A DNA stretch of 64,000 nucleotides from Candidatus Latescibacterota bacterium. Its GTDB lineage: Bacteria > Latescibacterota > UBA2968 > GCA-2709665. Under the pieces are notes generated by a model. That model worked only from the letters and a program-made list of their open reading frames with translations, searched no databases and had not been told where the DNA came from. Positions 1-10,900 of this stretch are shown in pieces (positions within the stretch are counted from its first letter, which is position 1; every line of letters begins with the position of its first letter). A program made the position numbers and the translations under genes. The stretch lies in the NCBI GenBank assembly GCA_965219995.1, contig CBDCOX010000002.1:4928001-4992000 (forward strand), read 5' to 3'.

Positions 1-36
1 TGACCTGAGGTTGAAGAAGAATCGGGAGGTAGTCTG

Positions 37-3000
37 ATGCGAAATCTAAAACATCGTGACGTTGCTCCGAATGACTTCAAGGCGACTTCATTTTGGACTG
101 TCGCGTTGGTCCTTTGCCCGATACTGGTCGGCTCTGCCTTTCCACAGGAAACAGGCTACGTACCGTTCTGCAAGCCGATTGATTTCTCGCAGGTACAGCC
201 GGAGGATTCGAATGCCGCGGGCAAGCGGGCATTGAGCCTGAACACGGGCGAGCCGCGTACGGTGCGGGTGATATACTTCGTACCCAATGACCGCTCGTTT
301 TCCTCCTCCGTGGAGGACTCGATTAAGAGGGCGGTACGTCAGGTCCGGAGCTTTTTTACGGACCAGATGAAGGCGCACGGCTTTAGTCTCGATGCCATCA
401 ATATTGAAACCGGCGGCGACGGCGATCCGCTGATCCACCGCGTCACGGGACAGCACGGCGAGGACTACTACGTCGACAATACGCACTTCAGGGTGTTCAG
501 TGAGATCGGGCAGAATTACGACACTTCGGCGAACATCTGTATTGCTTTCATCGGCAATAGCCGACGCATTACTCCGCGCGGAGGCAGAAACGGAAAAACC
601 GGCGGAGAGGCTTCCTTAGGTGTAGATTTCGACTGGCAAACCGTAGCGCATGAACTGGGACACGGGTTCGGCTTACACCACGATTTTCGTACCGATGCGT
701 ACGTGATGTCGTATGCAAACGAACCGGACAGTTTATCACTTTGCGCCGCACAATTCCTATCCGTGCATCCATACTTCAATCCCGATATAACAACCGAATG
801 GACCCGTAGCCCCGCCGTCGAACTCACTTCATCGCCCAGATTTCAACCAGACACGGAAGACATCACTGTTAGTTTTAAGCTGGCGGATTCGGACGGGCTT
901 CACCAGTTGATCCTGTTTGCCACGACGCCACTCATTAACTGGGGTGCGGGAGGATACCCCGAAGTAAAGGCGTGGCGCGAAATGGCGAATGAGGGAAGTG
1001 CTGTCGTCGACCTGGAATATAAACGCGATGCAGTGGGAATGATACGAAACCCTGATCTGGAGAAGATTCACGTCAACGCGGTGGATACGGATGGGAATGT
1101 CAGGCAGACATCGTTCAATCTCGTAAGTATTTCGCCGCATCATTACGCCACGCTTGAGGGACACGCAGATGGAGTTGTTTCGGTAGAGTATTCGCCTTCC
1201 GGAGAGCTTCTGGCTTCCGCTTCCTACGACAATACGATCAGGCTATGGGACGCGGCGACCCGCGATCTCATCGCCACGCTTCATCACGACGCGAGGGTGC
1301 ATTCCGCTTCTTTCTCACCAGACGGAAGGCTCCTGGCTTCAGCTTCAGAAGACCGCACGGTTAAGCTCTGGGACATGGCCAACCGCGAACTTGTGGCCAC
1401 CCTCGAGGGACACAAGGATGGAGTCGACCTGGTGAGGTTCTCACCAGACGGAAAGTACCTTGCTTCTTCTTCCTGGGACCGCGCCGTCAAGCTCTGGGAT
1501 GTCACGAACCGCGAACTTGCCGCCACGATTGATCATGTGAATTCCACCCACTCGCTGTCTTTCTCTCCCGATGGAAAGATACTGGCGACCGCTTCAATTG
1601 ACCGTGCCGTCGAGCTCTGGGATGTCGGGAGCCGTGAGCTAATTGCAGCCCTCGAGGGACATCGGGACGAAGTCTCGTCGTTGACGTTCTCTCCCGACGG
1701 AAACATCCTGGCTACAGGTTCAAAGGACCGAACCGTCAAGCTCTGGGACGTTGCGAACCGCGGATTTACCGCCACATTGGAAGGACATAAGGGTGAAGTT
1801 TCGCTGGTAACGTTCTCGCCCAACGGAAAGATCCTGGCTACCGGTTCACAGGACAATACCGTAACGCTGTGGGACGTCGCGACGGGCAAGACTGTCGCAA
1901 TTCTCGGTGGTTGTGCGTTTTCGCCAGCTTTGTTTACGTTTTCGTCGGATGGTACGATGTTTGCCGTAGGTATGGACGTGGGTAACGCGTTCGCAATTTG
2001 GGACGCTGCGACCGGCGCGAGTCTTGCGACCTTTCACCAGACGGGCTACGTCAATTCTGTATGCTTTTCAACCGACGGAAGATTTATCGCATCCGGGTCT
2101 GGTGACAAAAAAGTCGAGCTGTGGGATGTATCCTCATGGGCGCTCCCACGCGCGCGAACGGTGACAAAGGTTTCAGGAGACAATCAGCAGGGCCCGACCG
2201 GAGGGCTGTTAGCGAGCCCATTGATCGTCGAAGTGCGAGATCAATACGGCGAACCCCTGTCGGGCGCAAAAGTGACGTTTGCGATCATTGCGGGCGACGG
2301 TACCCTCAGCAACGGATTTACGACCGAGAGTGCCATAACCGATCCCGACGGAAGGGCTCAGATCGTTGTTACACTGGGTTCGATTCCGGGTACAAATACC
2401 GTCGAGGCATCCATCGCTGAACTCGAGGTAGAGACTTTCAACGCCGTGGCCCTTGGAACCCCTGTTGTTCATGGTAACGCCATCGATTATCGTACATGGC
2501 ACCTGCCACGAGGCGCAACCGTCCGTCTTGGGAAGGGTTCTCTTGGCCAAAGCGACAGGGCGATCGCCTATTCTTCGGACAGTGAAATCCTCGCGGTGGC
2601 AAGTGCCGCTGGCGTATGGCTATACACTGAGAATCAGCGAGAGCCATCCATGCTGTTAGCCGCCGGGAAAACCCATTCAGTGTCTTTTTCTCCTGACGGT
2701 GCAACAATTGCAGCAGGAGGTGGCCGCCAGGATTACGGAGAGGTCAGTTTGTGGGACATGGCAACGGGAACACAGAGTGGCAGTATCCGTACGAATTGGT
2801 GGGTAAAATACCTGTCGTTCTCTCCGGATGGAAAAACTCTCGCCTTCGGCTCGAGCGGTCCATCAATTGAAGTCTGGGATTTGGCGGCCGGAATCCGCGC
2901 CGCCACCCTCGAGGCAACCTCGTCTATTGGGACCTCGTTGGCCTTTTCTCCCGTTGGAAAAACCATCGCTTCCGGTTATGTAGACGGAAAGATCAAGCTG

Positions 3001-4485
3001 TGGGACGTGGCAAAGCACGCGAATACCACTACTTTGGAGGCGCATCGAAGGGAAGTCCTCTCCGTTGTATTCAGTCCGGATGGGAGAACCCTCGCGTCGG
3101 CCTCCGCCGACGGAACGGTCAAGCTGTGGGACATCGAGACTGGCATGGTATCCGCCACCATCCGGGGAAACAGGTGCCAGGCCGAATGTGTGGCGTTTTC
3201 GCCTGACGGTGGCAGCGTGGCATGCGGCTGGACGGATAATACCGTTACGTTATGGGACATCTCGGCGAACGAGACGATTGCTACGTTTCGTCGACATCGG
3301 GATTGGATCAGTGCGGTTTCGTTTTCACCGTCCGGACGCACCCTGGCCTCGGCAGCCATGGATGGTGACGTCTATCTCTGGGACGTGGCCACGGGAAATG
3401 CCACCGGAATTTTGGGCTATGTCGGCCATACAAATTCGGTTCGGGATATGGCGTTTTCACCAGATGGTGCAACGCTTGCATCACATTCCCTCACAATTAA
3501 AGGCAAGATTGATATATGGGACGTTGCAACGGGGCTGAAAAAGGTGACCATTGGCGGACATACCAGTTTGGTCAGATCGCTTGCCTTTTCACCCGATGGA
3601 ACGACCCTCGCTTCCGCATCATCGGACAGCACAATCAGGCTATGGGATCTGCGCACACGCAGCACTATCGCCAGACTCCTGCATCGGACCCAGCTCCAAT
3701 CCGTATCCTATTCACCCGATGGGACGATCCTCGCGACTGGCGATATCGAAGGAAACATCCACCTCTGGAACGTGAAAACACAGGAAAAAATGAACACTCT
3801 TACCGGCCTCGACGATAGAGTGACGAAGCTGCTGTTTTCGCCGGATGGCGCCACGCTGGCCGCGGGGACGGACGGCGGGCATGTCTGGCTTTGGAACGTG
3901 ACAACGGGTGCCACCATCCGCAACCTCAATGGACACAAAAAGACGGTCCAAGCCATGGCCTTTTCACGGGACGGGACCACCCTGGCTACCGGCACATTCC
4001 AGGGTGCCGCAAAGCTGTGGGACGTCGCGACGGGCGAGCTGAGTGCCACCCTGTTGGACGAGGTGTTCGAAAGCGTGTCATTTTCGCCGGACGGTACCAT
4101 GTTCGCGACGGGATGGCAGGATAGGCATGTCAGGCTAAACGACATGTCCACGGGGGACATTATCACCACCTTTGAAGGGCACAATGACCGTGTTACCAGC
4201 GTGTTATTCACGCCTGACGGCAGGACGCTTGCATCCGGATCCAGCGATGGCACGATCCTGCTGTGGGATCTTGCCCCGTATCGCGAACCCGAAACTCCCA
4301 ATCCTGATTTCAACGGTGACGGCGCGGTTGGCTTTGCCGACTTCATCCAATTCGCGGCGCAGTTTGGGCTAAGCCGGGACGATGCGGGATACGATGCACG
4401 ATACGATCTGGATGGCGATGGCGAGGTGGGGTTTGGCGATTTCCTTATATTCGCAGGTGACTTCGGAAGGACTGCGGGACAGTAG
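37..4485 (+). CDS. Large exported multidomain protein: metzincin-type Zn metallopeptidase domain, 8 WD40 repeats, Big_1/Ig-like domain, about 14 WD40 repeats, C-terminal EF-hand/dockerin-like module
   Basis: N-terminal hydrophobic stretch; HELGHGFGLHH (HExxHxxGxxH) followed by YVMSY Met-turn; repeated GH...FSPDG...LWD units; KVSGDNQQG...TDPDGRA Big_1 signature; PDFNGDGAVGFADF and DLDGDGEVGFGDF Ca-binding loops. Confidence 0.88.
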   Translation: MRNLKHRDVAPNDFKATSFWTVALVLCPILVGSAFPQETGYVPFCKPIDFSQVQPEDSNAAGKRALSLNTGEPRTVRVIYFVPNDRSFSSSVEDSIKRAVRQVRSFFTDQMKAHGFSLDAINIETGGDGDPLIHRVTGQHGEDYYVDNTHFRVFSEIGQNYDTSANICIAFIGNSRRITPRGGRNGKTGGEASLGVDFDWQTVAHELGHGFGLHHDFRTDAYVMSYANEPDSLSLCAAQFLSVHPYFNPDITTEWTRSPAVELTSSPRFQPDTEDITVSFKLADSDGLHQLILFATTPLINWGAGGYPEVKAWREMANEGSAVVDLEYKRDAVGMIRNPDLEKIHVNAVDTDGNVRQTSFNLVSISPHHYATLEGHADGVVSVEYSPSGELLASASYDNTIRLWDAATRDLIATLHHDARVHSASFSPDGRLLASASEDRTVKLWDMANRELVATLEGHKDGVDLVRFSPDGKYLASSSWDRAVKLWDVTNRELAATIDHVNSTHSLSFSPDGKILATASIDRAVELWDVGSRELIAALEGHRDEVSSLTFSPDGNILATGSKDRTVKLWDVANRGFTATLEGHKGEVSLVTFSPNGKILATGSQDNTVTLWDVATGKTVAILGGCAFSPALFTFSSDGTMFAVGMDVGNAFAIWDAATGASLATFHQTGYVNSVCFSTDGRFIASGSGDKKVELWDVSSWALPRARTVTKVSGDNQQGPTGGLLASPLIVEVRDQYGEPLSGAKVTFAIIAGDGTLSNGFTTESAITDPDGRAQIVVTLGSIPGTNTVEASIAELEVETFNAVALGTPVVHGNAIDYRTWHLPRGATVRLGKGSLGQSDRAIAYSSDSEILAVASAAGVWLYTENQREPSMLLAAGKTHSVSFSPDGATIAAGGGRQDYGEVSLWDMATGTQSGSIRTNWWVKYLSFSPDGKTLAFGSSGPSIEVWDLAAGIRAATLEATSSIGTSLAFSPVGKTIASGYVDGKIKLWDVAKHANTTTLEAHRREVLSVVFSPDGRTLASASADGTVKLWDIETGMVSATIRGNRCQAECVAFSPDGGSVACGWTDNTVTLWDISANETIATFRRHRDWISAVSFSPSGRTLASAAMDGDVYLWDVATGNATGILGYVGHTNSVRDMAFSPDGATLASHSLTIKGKIDIWDVATGLKKVTIGGHTSLVRSLAFSPDGTTLASASSDSTIRLWDLRTRSTIARLLHRTQLQSVSYSPDGTILATGDIEGNIHLWNVKTQEKMNTLTGLDDRVTKLLFSPDGATLAAGTDGGHVWLWNVTTGATIRNLNGHKKTVQAMAFSRDGTTLATGTFQGAAKLWDVATGELSATLLDEVFESVSFSPDGTMFATGWQDRHVRLNDMSTGDIITTFEGHNDRVTSVLFTPDGRTLASGSSDGTILLWDLAPYREPETPNPDFNGDGAVGFADFIQFAAQFGLSRDDAGYDARYDLDGDGEVGFGDFLIFAGDFGRTAGQ

Positions 4486-4585
4486 GCCGACTTCAGGTCG
4501 GATATCGTGATGTCGGGCGAGGAATGGTTCGAACAACTTCGGAAGGTGTCTGACGGATCTCGCTCACGGTTGGAAATGCCGTCGC

Positions 4586-5572
4586 TCACGCACACACAGG
4601 ATCGTCAACCTTCCAGCGATTGTACGTTGGATCCGCGCTGCGGGCGAGCCGGCTTCTGGCCTCGTGCCACAACCTCGCCCATTCTGCGGGATCGTGCAGT
4701 TCGCTTTCGGGATTCGAGCGGCTGCGCGCGACGAATCCCGGAAACGAGCCGCGTCCGGTGGGTTGGCCGATGGGGTTGTACCGAAGGTCGAAGCTCCAGC
4801 GGATATTGTCGCTATTGTTGGGCAGCGACGAGTGGCAGTTCAGGCGGTGGAAGAACAGCACGTCGCCGCGTTTCATGGGAAGCACCACGCCGTCTCCCTG
4901 GCGCAGCAGCCGGTCCGGGATCTGCAGGCCGAATCCACGCGACATCGTCGCGGTCGCGTGGCAGTGATGCAGCAGCCCCTCGCGGTGGCTTCGGGGGATG
5001 ACCTCCAGGCAGCCGTTCTCGACAGTCGCGTCCCACAGGCCGAACCACACGGTCAGCATATTCGTGTCATCGGCTTCCGGCCGAACCACACCCGTATCCT
5101 GGTGCCACGGCGTTGCGCCAAGCTGGACGCGTCCCGTCTCGTTGACGGGGCACAGGTGCTCCGGCGGCTTGAGGCGGACGTGCTGCACGGGATTGGAGTA
5201 GATCTCGGGCCCGATCAGGGACTCCACTGCGTCCAGCAGCTTCTCGTTCCGTAAAAGCCGGAATACCGCCGGCCCCACCCACATTGGCGTATCCGCCCGG
5301 ACGTTCTTCTGCGGCAGCGAAAAGTCGAAATACTGCGCGTGCACCTTGCCGGACTCCGCGTAAATCCGCGTCAGCCGGTCCCCGAACGGGAGGTCTTCGT
5401 ACGTCGAGGAGATCTCCCCGTTTTCGTACAGTTCGCCGGCAAGCCGGTCCAGCACGCCGGCGTATTCCTCGATCACAGGCTCGAGGTCCGCTTCCGGATC
5501 GAACAACTCCGTCACAACCAGATACCCCTGCGCCTCGAATTCCGCGACCTGCTCTTCGGTTAGATGTGGCAT
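4586..5572 (-). CDS. Phytanoyl-CoA dioxygenase (PhyH) family Fe(II)/2-oxoglutarate dioxygenase
   Basis: LTEEQVAEFEAQGYL N-terminus, TPWHQD, ENGCLEVIPRSH, GDVLFFH...HSSLPN...RWSFDLRY motifs. Confidence 0.9.
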   Translation of the reverse strand: MPHLTEEQVAEFEAQGYLVVTELFDPEADLEPVIEEYAGVLDRLAGELYENGEISSTYEDLPFGDRLTRIYAESGKVHAQYFDFSLPQKNVRADTPMWVGPAVFRLLRNEKLLDAVESLIGPEIYSNPVQHVRLKPPEHLCPVNETGRVQLGATPWHQDTGVVRPEADDTNMLTVWFGLWDATVENGCLEVIPRSHREGLLHHCHATATMSRGFGLQIPDRLLRQGDGVVLPMKRGDVLFFHRLNCHSSLPNNSDNIRWSFDLRYNPIGQPTGRGSFPGFVARSRSNPESELHDPAEWARLWHEARSRLARSADPTYNRWKVDDPVCA

Positions 5573-5770
5573 CGGTACAATTCCCTCTGAATGCGCCGTT
5601 CAGTTAAGCGTTTCGCGTCGCCTTCCGCCGGATCCCGATCCCCGCATCAAATATACGCTCGCTATCGTCTTTTGGGTAGATGGAAAATCCACCCATTCGT
5701 TCTATTTCGCCAGGGACAACGGAGCGCTCGCTTCGCCATCACTCGTATACCAAGGTAGGCCGTTTTGAAG

Positions 5771-5794
5771 GTGGGGCAGACATTCCTGTCTGCC
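5771..5794. repeat. REP-like palindrome family A (GTGGGGCAGACATTCCTGTCTGCC), copy 1
   Basis: GGCAGACA-ttcc-TGTCTGCC hairpin; identical copies at 6580-6603 and 7205-7228. Confidence 0.9.
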
Positions 5795-5860
5795 GACATT
5801 GGTATCCCGTTACACTGCAGGAGACGTTAGCAAAGCCCGCAGCGTCATCACCTCACCATC

Positions 5861-5944
5861 ACTCCCCCCTTAGGGGGAGTCGCAGAAGCCGAGCCGTTCC
5901 CTGAGCTTGTCGAAGGGCCGGCGACAGCTGATGCGGTGGGGGGT
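5861..5944. repeat. Palindromic repeat family B (ACTCCCCC...GGGGGAGT followed by CCCTGAGCTTGTCGAAGGG), copy 1
   Basis: Hairpin plus conserved tail; related copies at 6670-6690, 11688-11796 and inverted at 59251-59358. Confidence 0.85.
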
Positions 5945-6071
5945 GCTGTTGAATTCCGCGGGAAGGCAAGTTTGGAATTGCACCGATGGTGCAACGGACA
6001 TAAAAATCACCACTTGGCATTTGTATCCAATAATGATCTAACTTCAAAATAATAGGTATCTTACACGCCTT

Positions 6072-6380
6072 TCATCCCACATGGGTCAAGTTCGCTTCTC
6101 GTTCGAGAAATGACGTCAGTTCGATGTCTGCGTCCAGGTCGACAAGATCCGCAGATCGCGTGAGTTCCAGGAGCAATTTTCCCTGGAGCCTGTAGAACAT
6201 CCCTGCCGGACATCCCCTGACGGCGAAGTCAATATCGGATCGAGAGTTACTCCTCCCCTCGACAACTGACCCGAAGAGATAGACCGCTTCACATCCTCCT
6301 GCTTTCAAGATCCCTATTCCCCGGTCGATGTCTTTACGTACCGTGTCAGATATGTCTCCGATGTTTTCGTACACATCCAT
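6072..6380 (-). CDS. Minimal nucleotidyltransferase (MNT, Pol-beta fold) antitoxin-type protein with no intact partner gene
   Basis: VYLFGS...SDIDFAV...ADLVDL motif, 102 aa. Confidence 0.85.
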   Translation of the reverse strand: MDVYENIGDISDTVRKDIDRGIGILKAGGCEAVYLFGSVVEGRSNSRSDIDFAVRGCPAGMFYRLQGKLLLELTRSADLVDLDADIELTSFLEREANLTHVG

Positions 6381-6579
6381 ATCCGGTTCCTTTTTCGGTC
6401 TGAATTATCACGGGAACTCAATCAATAACGGCCGCACGTCAGTCGAGTTTCATAGTGTGTATAAGGCTTGGATATAAATGTATCATCTTTGGATCAATGC
6501 CGCAATACAAATGACCTGGAAGACAGGCGTCGGTACGATGCTCGCCCACATCGATCATGCTGACGAGGGTGGTTTGAAG

Positions 6580-6603
6580 GTGGGGCAGACATTCCTGTCT
6601 GCC
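6580..6603. repeat. REP-like palindrome family A, copy 2
   Basis: Identical to 5771-5794. Confidence 0.9.
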
Positions 6604-6669
6604 CACATCGATGGATTGCTCTCGATTAAAGGACACAAGAAACGCCTGCCTTGCCACCACCTCACCATC

Positions 6670-6690
6670 ACTCCCCCCTTGAGGGGGAGT
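6670..6690. repeat. Family B hairpin, short copy
   Basis: ACTCCCCCCTTGAGGGGGAGT, preceded by the same CACCTCACCATC as copy 1. Confidence 0.85.
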
Positions 6691-6695
6691 CGTAC

Positions 6696-7073
6696 CTAAC
6701 CGTTTCGGTCCTTGTGTGCGGGCGTCACCGGGTAGTGCTCAAGCTTACCCGTGTCCCCGGATTGAATCACAAAATCCCTCCGGTCCCGGTAGAGACGGGC
6801 GCGATTGATCACGTAGTCGACTCCGGGCACAATATCGTCCCAGTGGGTCATCAGCCAATATTTGTAGCCGCCAACAAAGAGGTACGTATTCTTCGTACTG
6901 AAGAAGCGCCCGGACACACCCTCTCCCGCACGGAACCGATCTCGGATTGCATCAAGAAGCTCCCTTTGCCCGTCCTTTTCAGACAATACGTACTCGTGTG
7001 GCCACGTCTCCCGATAGGTGACCGCATCCCGCCAGGGGGCACGGTCGATAAGCTCCGTTAGACCTGTTGGCAT
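6696..7073 (-). CDS. Hypothetical protein (about 125 aa)
   Basis: ATG preceded by GTAGGAGA RBS; protein-like sequence (WRDAVTYRETWPHEY...YKYWLM...INRARLY). Confidence 0.7.
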   Translation of the reverse strand: MPTGLTELIDRAPWRDAVTYRETWPHEYVLSEKDGQRELLDAIRDRFRAGEGVSGRFFSTKNTYLFVGGYKYWLMTHWDDIVPGVDYVINRARLYRDRRDFVIQSGDTGKLEHYPVTPAHKDRNG

Positions 7074-7204
7074 GTTTCTCCTACCCGGGTAGATTGTCGA
7101 GATACGCAATTAAAGATCGGCCTTGCTTCGAGGGAAATACCGATCGGCCGACCGCCGCGCCAACACTTCGCAATCACTGTCAAGCTGACGTAGGCGGTTT
7201 GAGG

Positions 7205-7228
7205 GTGGGGCAGACATTCCTGTCTGCC
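7205..7228. repeat. REP-like palindrome family A, copy 3
   Basis: Identical to 5771-5794. Confidence 0.9.
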
Positions 7229-7527
7229 CGCATCGATGTTTTTCTGTCGGTGAATGGACATACGTAAAGTCTGCACCGCCGGTTTCCGCTTTCTCTACGC
7301 GTGGAAGTCGCGAACACACCTTTCAGTCGATTTCAGTTGTCCCATATTCCCTTTTTGAGGGTTCTATTTCGCAAAATGCACCAATATCCGTTGTTTTTTC
7401 TCAACTGTATGCTTGCATAGACGTCTGTGTTGGGATATCTTGTGTAAGAGACATTGAAAATTCAACCGAGGGGGCTGCAATAAACAAGGAATCTGTTGAA
7501 CCAATTTGGGGTGTTAAAGACAGAGAA

Positions 7528-7851
7528 TTGTTTATCAATATTGCAGTCTGGTTGTTTGCAATTGGTGTAATTTGTCAGTTCGTGCCGAATCCCGATAAAT
7601 TCCGATTCACGGTTACGGTACTTGAAAATATAGTAACCATAGGTCTTTTTTCCATTATTGCGGCATTTTTCTTTTTAGAGGGTAAGGATATGATCCTTGG
7701 ACAAGCGATACGACAGGGGGCACGACAGGAAACAATCAACGAGTTTGCTAAAAGAATCGACGAGCTCCGCAAGAATGGTAGAGAGACGTATGAGGAGCTT
7801 GATAATATTGTAAAGGATATGCGGGAACAGTATTCTGATAAGAAAAAGTAA
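7528..7851 (+). CDS. Small AT-rich membrane protein with two TM segments and a charged C-terminal helix; start uncertain
   Basis: Two hydrophobic segments then a charged tail; followed by a strong inverted repeat. Confidence 0.6.
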   Translation: MFINIAVWLFAIGVICQFVPNPDKFRFTVTVLENIVTIGLFSIIAAFFFLEGKDMILGQAIRQGARQETINEFAKRIDELRKNGRETYEELDNIVKDMREQYSDKKK

Positions 7852-7863
7852 TTCTCTTGACAG

Positions 7864-7916
7864 ATTATATCACAAAACCGGCCCGGTCATCGACCGGGCC
7901 GGTTTTGTGATATAAT
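7864..7916. terminator. Perfect 25-bp-arm inverted repeat between convergent genes; probable bidirectional terminator
   Basis: ATTATATCACAAAACCGGCCCGGTC-atc-GACCGGGCCGGTTTTGTGATATAAT; GC-rich stem flanked by A4/T4. Confidence 0.75.
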
Positions 7917-7989
7917 TCCCTTCGGCGTTGGCGTTTTAACATATGGGCAACCCTCGTGGTTGCCCGCCTTGATCCATCGAACCGGTACC

Positions 7990-10900
7990 TCACGCCACCG
8001 CCCACCCCTCCGACAGCACCTCCGCCTGTTCGATCACCGTTTGCGTGGCCTTTTCCTGTTTGTCCGGCGGATAGCCGTGCCTGCGAAGGATGCGCTTGAC
8101 AAGGCGCCGCAGGTTTGCGCGGACGTTCTCGCGCAACGTCCAGTCGATGGTGACGTTATTGCGAACCGTCTCGACGAGTTGCCGGGCGATATCCCGGAGC
8201 GTGTCGTCCCCGAGTATCTGAACCGCACTGTCGTTCGTCTCCAGCGCATCGTAGAAGGCCAGTTCGTCGTCGGAAAGCCCAAGCCGCTCGCCCCGTTCGT
8301 TGGCTTCCCGTATCTCCTTCGCCAGTTCGATCAGTTCCTCGATCACCTGCGCCGCCTCGATCGCGCGGTTCTGGTATCGCCGAAGAGTCTGCTCCAGCAT
8401 TTCGGCGAAGGAACGGGCCTGCACGACGTTCTTGCGCCGCCTGGTGGAAACCTCGCCCTTCAGTAGCTTTTGCAGGAGTTCGATGGCCAGGTTTCGGCGC
8501 TCCATGCCGCGGACCTCTGCAAGGAACTCGTCCGACAACACCGAAATGTCGGGCTTTTCGAGGCCGGCCGCGGCGAAGATATCCATCACGCCCTCCGAGG
8601 CGACGGCGCTGGAGACGATCTGCCGTACGGCAAGGTCCAGTTCCTCCTGGGTGTGCTTCTCGCCTGTGGATCGCTTGGACAGGGCCGCACGCACGGCCTG
8701 GAAAAACGCCACGTCGTCCCGGATGCGCCGCGACTCCGGATGAGGCACGGCCAGTGCGTAGGCCTGGGACAGCGCCCGCACCGCGTTCAGCCACCGGTCC
8801 TTGCCGTCTTCCTGGGCCAGCACGTGTTCCTGGGCGGCGGGAAGCAGATTCAATCGCTCCGCCGGCGTGCCGTCGGTCCACGCGGCCCAATCAAACCCGT
8901 GCAACAGGCCACAGCAGACCTCGTATTTCTCCTGCATCACCGCAACCGCTTCTTTCTGGTCCACGGCCGTATCGCCTGTGCCACCGCTCTCGGTATATGT
9001 AGCCAGAGCATGTTTCAGGTCCTGGGCGAGTCCCAGATAGTCCACCACGAGCCCGCCAGGCTTGTCCTTGAACACGCGGTTCACCCGGGCGATGGCCTGC
9101 ATCAGCCCGTGTCCCCGCATCGGTTTGTCCACGTACATCGTGTGCAGGCTGGGCGCATCGAACCCCGTCAGCCACATGTCCCGGACCAGCACAACCCGAA
9201 GGGGATCGCCGGCGTCTCTGAACCGGTTCGCAAGGGCCTCTCTTCGCGGCTTGTTGCGGATGTGCTGCTGCCATTCGGGCGGATCGGATGCGGAACCGGT
9301 CATTACGACCTTTATCGACCCCTCGTTATCGTCGCCATTGTGCCAATCGGGACGCAATCGGACCAGTTCGCGGTAGAGGTCGATGCAGATGCGGCGGCTC
9401 ATGCAGACGACCATCGCCTTTCCGTCCAGCGCTTCGAGGCGCTGCTCGAAGTGGTCCACGATATCCTCGGCGATCTGCTTGATCCGATTTTCTGCGCCGA
9501 CCACCGCCTCCAGTTGAGCCCATTTCGTCTTGAGCATTTCCCGCCGCTCCACCTCTTCGCCCTCGGTGGCTTCCTCAAAATCGGGGTCGATCTTCGGCTT
9601 CTCGCGCTCGTCGAGGGACAGTTTCGCGAGGCGGCTTTCGTAGTAGATGGGCACCGTGGCCCCGTCCTGCACGGCACGCTGGATGTCGTAGATGCTGATG
9701 TAATCGCCGAAGACAGCCCGCGTGTTGGCGTCCTGAAGTTCTATCGGTGTCCCGGTAAAGCCGACGAAGGAGGCGTTGGGCAATGCGTCTCGCATATGAC
9801 GAGCAAACCCGTCGATGAAGTCGTACTGGCTGCGATGGGCTTCATCGGCGATCACGACGATATTGCGCCGGTCCGACAATTCAGGATGGGTGTCGCCCTT
9901 CTCTTCCGGGAAGAACTTCTGGATGGTGGTAAAAACCACACCCCCGGCGTTCACCGACAGCTTGTTCCTCAAGTCAGCCCGGCTTTCCGCCTGCGTTGGC
10001 GGTTGGCGCAACAGGTCCTGGCACCGGGAGAACGTGCCGTAAAGCTGGTCGTCCAGGTCGTTTCGGTCGGTAAGCACCACAACGGTCGGATTTTTCATGG
10101 CCGATTCGCTGATGATGGCGCCGGTATAGAAAGCCATCGTCAGGCTTTTCCCCGACCCCTGAGTGTGCCACACGACACCTACCCGCCTGTCGCCAGGCTC
10201 CCCGCCGGGTTTCTGTCCGGTCTCGTACCTTCCGCTGGTGTCCACGGATCGGTCGACTTTACGGTGTAACTCCGCTGCGCGAAGCGTCTCGTCAACCGCA
10301 TACCTCACCGCGTGGAACTGGTGATAACCCGCCATCTTCTTTTCGAGCGCGCCGCTGCCGTCGTCGTCGAAAACGATGAAGTCTCGTAGGAGCGCAAGGA
10401 AACGGTTCTGTTCGAACACACCCTCCAGCATCACCTGGAGCTCGGCCAAGTGCTGGTCGGCCAGCGTTTCTCCGGCAACCGTGCGCCATGGTTTGAACCA
10501 CTCCTTCCCCGACGTCAGTGTGCCGATTCGGGCTTCCGTCCCGTCCGAGACCACGAGCATCTCATTCATGGAGAACAGGGTGGGTAGTTCGGCCTTGTAC
10601 GTCTGAAGCTGGTTCCAGGCCGTCCAGATCGTGGCGTCCTCGTCGGCCGGATTCTTCAGTTCGATGATGCCGAGGGGCAGGCCGTTGACGAGCAGCACGA
10701 TATCCGGCCTGCGGTTGTTGCTGTTCTCCGTGACAGTGAACTGATTGACCGCCAGCCAATCGTTCCTGTCGGGCCTTTCGAAGTCGATGACGCGAACCTG
10801 GTCGCCGCGCACGTTTCCGCTGGAATCTCGATATTCGACGTTGACGCCGTTTACGAGCATCCGGTGAAACGCGCGATTTCGGGCTTCCTGGGTCGATCCT

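Noticed and set aside
1100-4280. DNA-level repeats as a diversity-generating retroelement or mobile repeat
   Set aside because: Explained by WD40 coding repeats; no reverse transcriptase or template-repeat pair seen
8470-10269. 599-aa plus-strand ORF
   Set aside because: Antisense shadow of hsdR
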